Source of the DNA: Thermodesulfobacteriota bacterium
GTDB taxonomy: Bacteria; Desulfobacterota_D; UBA1144; Nemesobacterales; UBA2774
Length of the DNA stretch: 64,000 nucleotides
Assembly: GCA_963422265.1 (NCBI GenBank)
Contig: OY729416.1
Location: 352,001 to 416,000 of the forward strand
Direction: 5' to 3'
The stretch's first letter is position 1. Each line of letters opens with the position of its first letter. A model generated the notes under the pieces. The model saw nothing but the letters and a program-made list of their open reading frames with translations, did no database searches and was not told where the DNA came from. A program made the translations under genes and the position numbers. This document shows, piece after piece, positions 40,764 through 50,410 of this stretch.

Positions 40764-42341
40764 ATGGTTTTGGACACGAATATAAGAAAACAAATTGAGC
40801 TACGCGGAATCCATTTTGAAACAATCGTAAATCAAATAAACACCTTCAGAGAAGGAGTGAGACCGGCAGAGCTTGTTCGCCCGTGCACTATAGGGGACGG
40901 TGTAGAGTTCCTAGAAGGAAACGTGGACTACTTCTGCCGTTTATACGAGAGCGACCTTTCTAGTAAACAAATTATCAAATTTGTTCCCGCTTCAGGTGCT
41001 GCAAGTAGAATGTTTGGGCAGCTACTTGCAGCACCTAGTGATGATAAAGGTAGGATAAATAAAAAAACTCTTCTTCAAGACGCCGAGAGGGGTGATAGCA
41101 ACTCGGAAGCATTTCTCCTTTTTATAAAAGAGCTTGAGAAATTCGCATTTTACAGCGATTTGGTTTCCTGCTTAAATAAGTATGCCCTCAGCGTTAAGAA
41201 TATACTTGAGGAAGGTTTTTATAATGAGGTTCTGGATTTTACTCTTGGCTCAAAAGGACTAAATTACGCTAACTTGCCTAAGGGGCTAATAAAATTTCAT
41301 ACTTATCCTGATGGGAGCAGGACTGCTTTTGAGGAACACCTTGTTGAAGCGTTAGATTACTCAGTCGGTGCGTTCAAGAAAGCTCGCGTGCACTTTACAG
41401 TGTCCCCAGACCATCTTCATAGCTTTAAGGCGCTCGCAAAACTTATAGGACCACGTTATGAGCGGGATGGAATTGAGTTCGAAATCACTTTTTCAATTCA
41501 GAATCCATCTACCGACACTATAGCAGTTGATATCGAGAACAAGCCGTTCTTAGACGCGGAGGGGAAAATTGTTTTAAGGCCTGGCGGGCATGGTGTTTTG
41601 CTCGATAATCTAAACGAGATCTATTGTGATATAGCTTTTATAAAAAATATAGACAACGTGGTTCCTGACCGTATCAAGCAGGAAATGTGCACCTATAAAA
41701 AAGCACTGGGGGGGATGCTAATAGATATTCAGAGCAAGGTCTCGGGGTATCTAAAAGAACTTGAAAAGGGTAGAAAGGACGTTAAGTTTTTAGATCGCCT
41801 CGCACGGTTTGCGCTTCGCTTTCTTAATACCACTTTGCCTGAAGGTTTTGAAAAAGCGACTGAGGAGGCAAAGGTGAGTTTCTTATACTCAAAACTCAAT
41901 AGACCTATAAGGGTTTGTGGAGTAGTTAGAAACGAGGGGGAGCCCGGTGGAGGACCCTTTTGGGTAAGAAATGAAGATAGAACTCTATCTAAGCAAATCA
42001 TTGAGTCAGCGCAGGTTGACGTAAACTCCGACGCTCAGAGGTCTATTTGGGAATCCTCAACCCACTTTAACCCCGTTGATATAGTATGCGGGCTTAGGGA
42101 TTATCAAGGCAATCCATTTAATCTCACTGAGTATTCAGATCCTAGCACCGCGTTTATATCAATCAAATCAAAAGACGGAAGGAGCCTTAAAGCCCTTGAG
42201 CTACCTGGTCTTTGGAACGGCTCGATGGCGTATTGGAACACGACGTTTGTCGAGGTTCCGCTCATTACTTTTAATCCCGTTAAAACGCTGTTAGACCTAT
42301 TGAGACCTGAGCACCAGAACGAGAAAAATCTTCCTTCTTAG
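40764..42341 (+). CDS. DUF4301 family protein
   Basis: KFVPASGAASRMF, LPKGL, EEHL, RPGGHG, FIKNIDNV, GEPGGGPF, THFNPVD, ELPGLWNG, FNPVK. Confidence 0.9.
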   Translation: MVLDTNIRKQIELRGIHFETIVNQINTFREGVRPAELVRPCTIGDGVEFLEGNVDYFCRLYESDLSSKQIIKFVPASGAASRMFGQLLAAPSDDKGRINKKTLLQDAERGDSNSEAFLLFIKELEKFAFYSDLVSCLNKYALSVKNILEEGFYNEVLDFTLGSKGLNYANLPKGLIKFHTYPDGSRTAFEEHLVEALDYSVGAFKKARVHFTVSPDHLHSFKALAKLIGPRYERDGIEFEITFSIQNPSTDTIAVDIENKPFLDAEGKIVLRPGGHGVLLDNLNEIYCDIAFIKNIDNVVPDRIKQEMCTYKKALGGMLIDIQSKVSGYLKELEKGRKDVKFLDRLARFALRFLNTTLPEGFEKATEEAKVSFLYSKLNRPIRVCGVVRNEGEPGGGPFWVRNEDRTLSKQIIESAQVDVNSDAQRSIWESSTHFNPVDIVCGLRDYQGNPFNLTEYSDPSTAFISIKSKDGRSLKALELPGLWNGSMAYWNTTFVEVPLITFNPVKTLLDLLRPEHQNEKNLPS

Positions 42342-43643
42342 ATGAGCAATTGCAAAAAGAGCGTATCGGTTGGTATCAAGGTCAACTTGCCAGCCAGATT
42401 ATTGAAGGTAGGAGAATCTTTTATAGACGCTCTTGAACATATAGACGCTCTTTACCAAATACAGACTTTGGGTGAACTTACGCTCCTATTGGAGAAAAGG
42501 GTGTGGAGAGAGATGGTTAAGGAATTAGAAAGTGTGTCTCCTACGTTGTTCAGCAAATCTGAAAGAGACGAGCTTATTCATCAACTCAAAGTTTTAAGTG
42601 AGGGGATATTTGATCTCTATCCCGTGTCCGTAGGTCAGGGAGGGGTAAGGCGCGTTGAGCTTATTGTAGGAAAAGTCTTTTCAGGGGAAAGTGCGCATAG
42701 TAGTTATTATTCGGGTGCTTGCGGTAAGTTGAATCTTGATTATTCCAATACCATAGAGCTATATGACGGTTATCTTGACAGATTCAGAGAAGCACTCCCC
42801 GTTTCTGAGCGCTTCAAGGGCGATCCGGTGGCAGGAAATGTGCCAGAAATGAGGTGTATGGACGTGTTTTCATTGGCGGGTGCGCTCAACGCTAAGCACA
42901 AGCCAATATGTATCTTCTACTCAGGCGGAAGCCGAGAGGGCTTATCCTCATTATCACACCTTACTGTGTTTATTAATCTTTATACCGCGAGGTTTAGGGA
43001 GCTTACTTGGAAAATCGCAGAAGGGTATTTGCTTGGCTCTGAAATTCTTAGAGGGCTTTCAGATGATGATGTGGCTAAGATACTTCTTGTTTGGCTCAGG
43101 GGACATGACGTCGGACATTTTATGGGTGTTGATAAGCTATCGGATGGTATGTCTGAGTTTGACAGAGATTATATGTGTCTTCACGAATTTAAGTCTGATT
43201 TGATAGCCCTTAATAATCTAAAATACTTACCTAACGACGTCTTGAGTGAGGACTTGATCAGAAAGGTTTACTTGGTATCCATTGCTGAAATGTTTAGATA
43301 TATAAGACGGGGTAACATATACGGGCATCCGGACTCTGCGTCTGCTTATCTTGCATATCTTTATTTGCAAGATAGAGGAGCGATAGGGTTTCACTCGTGT
43401 AATGGGAAGTTTGAGGTCTATTTCGACACTCTTGAATCTTCGGTTACAGAGTTGACGGGTGAGGTGCTAAGGGTTTTTGCTCAGGGAGACGTTGAAAGAG
43501 CGAGGGGTATCGTAAATAGGTGGGGAGGCTTAAATGGAGATGGGGAGAATGGATTGCCTCACAACTGCCCGGATGAGCTTCTGTGCGTAGTTATGGATGA
43601 GAGCATCCCTCGTTACATTGAGTATGATTTTGAGCTTAGCTAG
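42342..43643 (+). CDS. Peptidase M49 (dipeptidyl peptidase III)-like protein with altered zinc motif
   Basis: HDVGH in place of HExxH, downstream ExKSD, FRYIRRG; family call by eye. Confidence 0.55.
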   Translation: MSNCKKSVSVGIKVNLPARLLKVGESFIDALEHIDALYQIQTLGELTLLLEKRVWREMVKELESVSPTLFSKSERDELIHQLKVLSEGIFDLYPVSVGQGGVRRVELIVGKVFSGESAHSSYYSGACGKLNLDYSNTIELYDGYLDRFREALPVSERFKGDPVAGNVPEMRCMDVFSLAGALNAKHKPICIFYSGGSREGLSSLSHLTVFINLYTARFRELTWKIAEGYLLGSEILRGLSDDDVAKILLVWLRGHDVGHFMGVDKLSDGMSEFDRDYMCLHEFKSDLIALNNLKYLPNDVLSEDLIRKVYLVSIAEMFRYIRRGNIYGHPDSASAYLAYLYLQDRGAIGFHSCNGKFEVYFDTLESSVTELTGEVLRVFAQGDVERARGIVNRWGGLNGDGENGLPHNCPDELLCVVMDESIPRYIEYDFELS

Positions 43644-43666
43644 TTGGGTTAATTCACGTTGTTAAT

Positions 43667-43909
43667 CTAAAATAGCTCTTGTTGTGAGTCTTCAAGCAAG
43701 ACCGTTTTAGGTATGTTCTTTGCCTTAGTAATAGCTTTTTCCTTTATCTCTTCGACGAAGTCGCTTGAATCATTTGCGAGAGACAAATTTACAGAGATAT
43801 AAACTGTGTTATCCGAAGTTCCATAGTCTTCAAGCTCAATAGCGACTCTGACCATATAAGACTTTTCGTCTTCCATAGGCATTACGTTTTCTAGCGTGTA
43901 TTGAATCAA
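43667..43909 (-). CDS. Hypothetical protein (80 aa, acidic)
   Basis: ORF with SD agga upstream of TTG; co-oriented with neighbour. Confidence 0.5.
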   Translation of the reverse strand: MIQYTLENVMPMEDEKSYMVRVAIELEDYGTSDNTVYISVNLSLANDSSDFVEEIKEKAITKAKNIPKTVLLEDSQQELF

Positions 43910-43933
43910 TCTAGTTTATTCCTATTGTGATAT

Positions 43934-44560
43934 TCAGTTTAATTGCTTCCTCACTGGCTTTGGTTCAAGGTCTCCTTCCAAAAATTTCTTTGAGAACTTC
44001 CTTGCTTGTTCAAGCACTATTTTAGGGTTTGCCTTAGTTACTCTTCCACTCTTCGCTCTGATTTGAGCTATATAAGCTATTGAAGCATAATATTCGGATG
44101 CTTCATTTTCTGAATAAATATTCCATTTTCCGTCAAATTTTTTGGTTGATCCCGCTGCCATATCAACTATATCCGTTGCCGATAATGTCCGAGAGTGGTT
44201 GCCCCATATATCAAAAATAAGAAATCTTACCTCAACTGCTGAAAGTGCCTCTTTAGAGATGACACTATATTCCGCACTGTATTGATAACTCCCACTAGAA
44301 TAACGCTCACCAGAGTCATAAATAGTAGTGACGCCGGCAGTACCAGATATATCCGCTGGGATTGAAGTGTCATGGATAGTAATCCACTCTCTTGTAAGTG
44401 AGGACCCCTTATTTAGAACTATTCCGTAACCTAGTGCAGTTTTAATTGATCCACCAGACGTCTTTGTAACGTTTTCGGCGGCCAATGAACTTGTCAAAGA
44501 TAATACAAGTAGAATCGTTGCAAATGTGGTTTTCAATATCCTTCTAAATACATCAAACAT
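43934..44560 (-). CDS. Secreted hypothetical protein
   Basis: SD aggagg; N-terminal signal peptide ending ...SLAA. Confidence 0.75.
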   Translation of the reverse strand: MFDVFRRILKTTFATILLVLSLTSSLAAENVTKTSGGSIKTALGYGIVLNKGSSLTREWITIHDTSIPADISGTAGVTTIYDSGERYSSGSYQYSAEYSVISKEALSAVEVRFLIFDIWGNHSRTLSATDIVDMAAGSTKKFDGKWNIYSENEASEYYASIAYIAQIRAKSGRVTKANPKIVLEQARKFSKKFLEGDLEPKPVRKQLN

Positions 44561-45069
44561 TTTTTCCTCCTGCTTGCCAGGTGTTAAAACACTTTATTGG
44601 TACCCTCTATGATACACTCTACCTAATAGTTTATCTGAAGACTATGTGATACTTATGAATTTTCGATTTGATTCAGGGTTTTCAGTGAATTGTACAGTTG
44701 AACAGAAACTTCATTCTTGATTGTAAGCCCTCCTTCACGGGGCTACTCATCCGTAGGGCTGTTTTGCCAATAGTTTGTCCAGTGCCTTCTTTACAACTTT
44801 AGGTTATATTTCTCTCTGGAGTGCTCCTACATACTCGTGCCTCTTTCATATTTTGATCCATATAAATGCTGTTGTTTAGCATGAGGAGTTTTACATTGGG
44901 CAAAACAAAGGCAGAAAATTTATATTTTTGTTTGAGAGTCCTTGTTTAACAAAAGTTCCAAACTCTTCAATAAAATTAGGCATGTATTTTGTCTGAATCC
45001 TAAAGCCTTTTTAAGTTGGCTTCCGCCGAAATGTACTCTTTAATTCAAGCTCACCAAGCTGTTTCTCTG

Positions 45070-45996
45070 TCAATCCAGTTCAAAGCAGATTTTTTTGAAG
45101 TTACACAAATCGCAGGTTTTTCTGTTTTCAGTTCTTTCAAAGTCAGTCATAGTGGCTAGGTTATTCTCCACCTCTGATAAATAGCCTTTCATGTTGTCAA
45201 TACTAGCCATTATATCATTCTTAGCGTTTTCTATTTCTACGGAATTGAAATGATGCCTGATTTGCTTGTTCTGAATAAGGTTGTGTTCTAGCACGCGTAT
45301 ATCCTCAAGCGGGTGGTTAAGCTCTTCATTCGCATATATTACATATACTAGGAACTGAAACGTGTTGCTTTCGCCAGATCCTGTCTTCCAGTCCACTATT
45401 TGAAGCTTGTCTTCTAGCTTATATGCTAGGTCGATTTTAATGAAAAACTGCTCGTCACTAAAGGAAAGGCAGCTAGGCTTCATGCTCTCAATTGTGACTA
45501 TGTTGTTTCTATTCAGATTTCGCACAGTTTCTAGGACTTCTGATTTGTAAAAATTTTCAAGACAAGAAATTGTCTCATTATAATTCCTTTTCCAAGCCTC
45601 GTTAGATACCTCAGTTTCGTACTCGTGTTCAAAAAGTGCTAGCTCGTTCTTTAGACTGTTGACAGTCTTCCGATAACCCCCTTCCCTTGATGATTTGAAC
45701 CCTCTTCTCATCATTCCAGTAACTCTTTTATGGGATTTTTCAAATGGGGTCAGGCTTCCAGTTGATATGAGTTCTTTTAGTATTCTTTCAATCTCATGGT
45801 GAACTGCGTTTCCTTTCCACATCCACCTTAGTTGTAAATTTTTTAAAACGTATAGCTCACGAGCAACAGTATCAGAGATATTACTATCCCAACCACCCCA
45901 TGATCCGTAGTAGTTGTAGTAGTATTTTCTCTTACACTCGGTAAATAGGGCATCCCTTGATACTGACCAACTGAATTCATTCTTGAAATCGCTCAT
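45070..45996 (-). CDS. PD-(D/E)XK nuclease, Cas4/AddB-like (PDDEXK_1) with four-Cys staple
   Basis: SWS...ECKRKYYYNY, IDL...IVDWKTG, QxxxY, C-terminal CxxC-X5-C. Confidence 0.85.
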   Translation of the reverse strand: MSDFKNEFSWSVSRDALFTECKRKYYYNYYGSWGGWDSNISDTVARELYVLKNLQLRWMWKGNAVHHEIERILKELISTGSLTPFEKSHKRVTGMMRRGFKSSREGGYRKTVNSLKNELALFEHEYETEVSNEAWKRNYNETISCLENFYKSEVLETVRNLNRNNIVTIESMKPSCLSFSDEQFFIKIDLAYKLEDKLQIVDWKTGSGESNTFQFLVYVIYANEELNHPLEDIRVLEHNLIQNKQIRHHFNSVEIENAKNDIMASIDNMKGYLSEVENNLATMTDFERTENRKTCDLCNFKKICFELD

Positions 45997-46216
45997 TTGA
46001 TAATCTTGTTGGAAGCTGTGCCCAAACTACTTGCCCTTCTTATATGACAAAGACGTGGAAAATAACGTAACACATGCTAAGATATTATAAATAAGGAAAA
46101 ATAAGTATTGCAACCTACCTTGAGCACCAGCTTAATTTTAGCGCATGTGTATCGCGGAATTGTCTTATTGGACTGGGTTGATGGACTAAAAGAAAAAGGA
46201 AGGTCTAAATGGCGTT

Positions 46217-47602
46217 ATGCGTAGTTATGTAATAGTAGTCATGTTAACTATTGTCATTGGGGGAATGCTTTATTTATTCTCTGGCGTTGTGGGTTCGCCG
46301 CCTGAGATATATATACGACTTGATTCGGATACCGTAGGGAGCAAGCCTTTTGATATTGAAATTGCTAGCGAGGGCCAGGGGTTAAAGGCGGTTTCAATCG
46401 TGTTGGCGCGTGACAATAGAGAATCAACCCTTGTTAACAAGTCTTATCCCAAGGGAATTAAAGGGGATATTATAACTGTCTCTTTAGACCCCTCAGAACT
46501 CAGCGTTAAGGTGGGGATTGGTGAGCTTATAGTTACCGCCGAGAGTAGGTCGTATCTAGGAGTTTCTTCTATGAATATTGCTATAGTTAGTAAAAAGATC
46601 AATTTGGATTTCATTCCTCCTAAGATCAGCATTATTAGCACTGAGCATTATGTAAACCATGGGGGCTCAGGTCTTGTTATATATAAAGCCTCTCCCGACG
46701 CGGTTAAGACCGGTGTTTCGGTAGGGCACTATTTTTTCCCTGGCTATGAAGGGCATTTGCAGAGCGACGGTGTTTACCTAGCTTTCTTTGCTTATCCATA
46801 CGACCTTAAGCCTAATGAGAATATTGTCGTTACGGCTCAGGATAAAGCTGGAAACCAAAGAAAAGTGGCATTATTTTTTAGACTTAAAAATGTTAGCTAT
46901 AGAAAGAGTAAAATAAAATTAAGTAATAGGTTTATAGAAAACGTCGGTAATCTACTATCGGGCAATCACGAGACAGATACTGATTATAAAGAGATTTTTC
47001 TTAGAGTGAATAATGAACTTAGGAAACGTAACGATGAGACAATAAGGGAAACAGGTTCAAATTCCAAGCCGGGGATTATGTGGAAAGGGGCTTTTCATCA
47101 GTTGTCTAACTCAAAGGTAGAGGCGAATTTTGCAGATGAAAGAACGTATTTCTTTAATGATGAGCTGATAGATAGACAATATCATCTTGGATATGATCTT
47201 GCCGTTACTAAAAGGTATCCGATTGAGGTGGCTAATAACGGCGTTGTTGTATATGCGGATGAGCTAGGTATTTATGGTAATACTGTAATCATTGATCATG
47301 GCATGGGACTTTCAACTCTATATGGACACATGAGTTCTATTGAAGTTAGAGTTGGGGATGAGGTTAAGAAGGAAGGTGTAATTGGCAGAACGGGGCAGAC
47401 GGGGCTTGCGGCTGGTGATCATCTTCACTATGGGGTCTATATAAACGGCGTCGCAGTCCGTCCTATAGAATGGTGGGACGCCAAATGGATTAGAGACAAT
47501 ATAACGCTCAAGATTGATAAAGCTAAATCTGAGATTGGAAGCTACGCTACTGGGAACGGAGAGAGCCTAAGTATTGATTATTTACGGCAAGAATCCCGTT
47601 AG
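46217..47602 (+). CDS. M23 family peptidoglycan metallo-endopeptidase
   Basis: HLGYD, YGN, YGHM, GDHLHY; N-terminal TM anchor. Confidence 0.92.
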   Translation: MRSYVIVVMLTIVIGGMLYLFSGVVGSPPEIYIRLDSDTVGSKPFDIEIASEGQGLKAVSIVLARDNRESTLVNKSYPKGIKGDIITVSLDPSELSVKVGIGELIVTAESRSYLGVSSMNIAIVSKKINLDFIPPKISIISTEHYVNHGGSGLVIYKASPDAVKTGVSVGHYFFPGYEGHLQSDGVYLAFFAYPYDLKPNENIVVTAQDKAGNQRKVALFFRLKNVSYRKSKIKLSNRFIENVGNLLSGNHETDTDYKEIFLRVNNELRKRNDETIRETGSNSKPGIMWKGAFHQLSNSKVEANFADERTYFFNDELIDRQYHLGYDLAVTKRYPIEVANNGVVVYADELGIYGNTVIIDHGMGLSTLYGHMSSIEVRVGDEVKKEGVIGRTGQTGLAAGDHLHYGVYINGVAVRPIEWWDAKWIRDNITLKIDKAKSEIGSYATGNGESLSIDYLRQESR

Positions 47603-48308
47603 GGAGCTTTTTACTGACAATAACTCTACAATTGAGGAGCTTTTTCTTTCTGATAATGCAAGAAAACACAGGAATAGCGACTTACTGAAGTCAGCCAATA
47701 AGCGGGGAGTAAAAGTATCGTTTCTTCCACATGAAGCCTTGACTAGGTTATCCCAATCGCCATATCATCAAGGGATGGCTGCGAAGGTCGCGAATTTTGA
47801 GTACTCTAGGGTCTCTGATATTATAGAGTGTGCTAGGATGAGAGGAGAGAAGCTCCTCTTTTTAATTCTTGATCATGTTGAGGATCCACAAAACCTAGGT
47901 GCTATCATAAGAACTGTAAACGCACTTGGTGCCCACGGTATCGCTATACCTAAGGACCGTGCGGCTTCGGTAACTCCCTCCGTGATTAAGGCTTCAGCAG
48001 GCGCCGTCCAACACGTTCTTATTGCGAAAGTAGTTAATCTTTCTACCTTGATAAAGGACTTAAGAAAAAAAGGAGTATGGATAGTAGGAGCAGATACTCA
48101 GGCTTCAAAGTCATTATCTGAAGAGAAGTTGGGCGGTTTAGATTTAGCTATAGTAGTTGGCAATGAGGGTAGGGGACTTGGGAATAAGATAAGGGGTGAT
48201 TGCGATTTCCTGCTGTCGATTCCCCAGTCAGGTAAAGTTGCATCGCTAAACGCCTCGGTTGCAGCGGGAATTATAATATATGAGCTAATGAAACAAAGAA
48301 AGTCTTAG
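47574..48308 (+). CDS. rlmB: 23S rRNA (G2251) 2'-O-methyltransferase
   Basis: YGKNPV, HQG, DPQNLGAIIRT, GNEGRG, SLNASVAAG. Confidence 0.93.
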   Translation: MIIYGKNPVRELFTDNNSTIEELFLSDNARKHRNSDLLKSANKRGVKVSFLPHEALTRLSQSPYHQGMAAKVANFEYSRVSDIIECARMRGEKLLFLILDHVEDPQNLGAIIRTVNALGAHGIAIPKDRAASVTPSVIKASAGAVQHVLIAKVVNLSTLIKDLRKKGVWIVGADTQASKSLSEEKLGGLDLAIVVGNEGRGLGNKIRGDCDFLLSIPQSGKVASLNASVAAGIIIYELMKQRKS

Positions 48309-48325
48309 ACTCAATTTTCTTTGAG

Positions 48326-50410
48326 TTAGTCAATTCCTACTAGTTTTCTGAATTCGCTCTCTTCCAAGATTCTTATTCCAAGTGATAGCCCCTTATCATA
48401 CTTTGAACCGGGGTCTTTTCCCACAACTACATAGGACGTCTGCTTAGTAACAGAGGAAGACGCCCGCCCGCCCTTTGATTCTACAATTTCTTGAGCCTCA
48501 TCACGAGTGAATGTTTCCAGCCCACCCGTGAAGACAAAACTCTGTCCGTTGAGTTCATTGTTATCTATTTGCGTTTTTTCTTTATACTTTATGTGAATTC
48601 CCGTGGACAGCATCTTGTTGATTAAATCCTGATTTTGTTTTGATTTAAAGAAATGTAAAATACTTTTTGCTATTTCAGGTCCAATCGTGGGCGTTCTGAT
48701 TAGAAATTCTTCTGATGTCTCCATTAGGGAGTTAACATCAGTAAAATTCTCCGCTAGCACTTGCGCTACCCGTTCACCCACGTGCCTTATGCTAAGCGCG
48801 TTTATAAAGCGGTCAAACGAGACTACCTTACTTCTTTCAACTTCTCTTTCCAAGTTCTCAGCCGACTTTTCAGCGAACCTTTCAAGTGGGAGTAAGTCTT
48901 CTTTCTTCAAACTAAATACGTCTCCCATACCCTTTATCAGCTTGTTTTTTAACAACTGCTCTACTGTTCTTTCTCCAAGCCCCTCGATATTGAAAGCCTT
49001 CTTTGAGGCGAGATGCTGAATTCGTCCTTTCAATTGAGACGGGCACGAGAGGTTAGGGCAATAATAGTAAGCCCCCTCCTTTTCTACAGTAGTCGCGCAT
49101 GAAGGACAAGCTTCGGGCATACTAAAAGTCCTTTCTTCACCTCTCCTTTTCTCCTTAATTGGCATTACGACTTCAGGTATTACGTCACCCGCTCGTTGGA
49201 TCAAAACGGTATCATAAAACCGTATATCCCTTTCTTTGATTATATCCTCTGTATGGAGCGAGGCGCGTTTTATTGTGATCCCACCTATCTTCACTGGCTC
49301 GAGCTCGGCGACGGGGGTAAGGAGACCCGTGCGTCCTACCTGCACTACAATATCTTTTATCTTAGTCGTTGCCTGTCTAGGCTTGAACTTATAGGCGATG
49401 CTCCATCGGGTATGCTTTGCAGTAGCCCCTAGTCTAGTTTGGTAATCCCTTCTATTTACCTTTACAACAATGCCGTCCGCTTCATAAGGGAGGCTATCTC
49501 TAGCGGATTCTATTTCCCTTTGATATTTAATGGCTTCATTTATATTAGAGCATTCCCTTACGTTGTTATCAATCTTAAATCCCCAAACCCGTAATGCGTC
49601 CACAATTTGCGATTCGCTAGTAACTTTGAGACCTCTTATCTCTCCAATCCCCCAAGCATAAAAATCAAGTAGTCTCTTAGCAGTTACCCTTGAATCAAGA
49701 TGCCTTACAGCTCCAGAAGCCGCGTTTCTAGGATTAGCAAAGAGGGGTTCGCCAGAATCGGATAGTTCCTTATTAAGAGTCTTAAAATTCTCCAGCGGGT
49801 ACAATACCTCACCTCTTATCTCTATCAAGTTAGGAATTCCGTAGCTGCTTCCCCGATCGGAGCTTTGAATACTTTTGAGCCGTAGGGGAATAGTCTTTAT
49901 CGTTTTCAGGTTAGTTATGATGTCTTCACCGACCGAACCGTCCCCCCTCGTAGCCCCTTTTGTTAGTAACCCCCTTTCATAGGTAAGCGAGGCAGATACC
50001 CCATCAAACTTGGGTTCAGCAACGTATTGAACGTCTTCTTCTATGTCTAAGAGTCTTTTGACCCTTTTATCAAAGTTATATGCTTCTCCATCAGTGGAAA
50101 TACTGTCTATGCTCATCATGGGAATAAGGTGAGATACGGGGTTAAAACCCTCTGCTACGACTCCCCCAATCCGCTGGGTAGGGGAATCTGGTGTGATTAG
50201 GTCTGGGTATTGAGACTCAAGTTGTATTAATTCTTTTAGCAGAGCGTCAAATTCATAATCCAAAATCTCTGATCGGTCTTTTACATAGTAGAGATTATCA
50301 TGACGCTCAATCTCTTCCCGTAATCTCTTAGCTTCTTCTAATGTATCTTTAGGAATAGTAGTTGCTGAACTTTGTTGCACTATAGAAGTTTTTGCTTTCA
50401 CGTCAGACAT
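48326..50410 (-). CDS. ligA: NAD-dependent DNA ligase
   Basis: EPKFDG, RGEV, FANPRNAA, DGIVVK, Zn finger, BRCT. Confidence 0.98.
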   Translation of the reverse strand: MSDVKAKTSIVQQSSATTIPKDTLEEAKRLREEIERHDNLYYVKDRSEILDYEFDALLKELIQLESQYPDLITPDSPTQRIGGVVAEGFNPVSHLIPMMSIDSISTDGEAYNFDKRVKRLLDIEEDVQYVAEPKFDGVSASLTYERGLLTKGATRGDGSVGEDIITNLKTIKTIPLRLKSIQSSDRGSSYGIPNLIEIRGEVLYPLENFKTLNKELSDSGEPLFANPRNAASGAVRHLDSRVTAKRLLDFYAWGIGEIRGLKVTSESQIVDALRVWGFKIDNNVRECSNINEAIKYQREIESARDSLPYEADGIVVKVNRRDYQTRLGATAKHTRWSIAYKFKPRQATTKIKDIVVQVGRTGLLTPVAELEPVKIGGITIKRASLHTEDIIKERDIRFYDTVLIQRAGDVIPEVVMPIKEKRRGEERTFSMPEACPSCATTVEKEGAYYYCPNLSCPSQLKGRIQHLASKKAFNIEGLGERTVEQLLKNKLIKGMGDVFSLKKEDLLPLERFAEKSAENLEREVERSKVVSFDRFINALSIRHVGERVAQVLAENFTDVNSLMETSEEFLIRTPTIGPEIAKSILHFFKSKQNQDLINKMLSTGIHIKYKEKTQIDNNELNGQSFVFTGGLETFTRDEAQEIVESKGGRASSSVTKQTSYVVVGKDPGSKYDKGLSLGIRILEESEFRKLVGID

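Noticed and set aside
45015-45030. GTTGGCTTCCGCCG as a degenerate att copy of the tRNA-Asp 3' end (GTCGGCTCCGCCA)
   Set aside because: Short, needs mismatches and an indel, no integrase; consistent with chance
45070-45996. CRISPR-Cas locus
   Set aside because: Only a Cas4-like fold; no repeat-spacer array or other cas genes seen in the window
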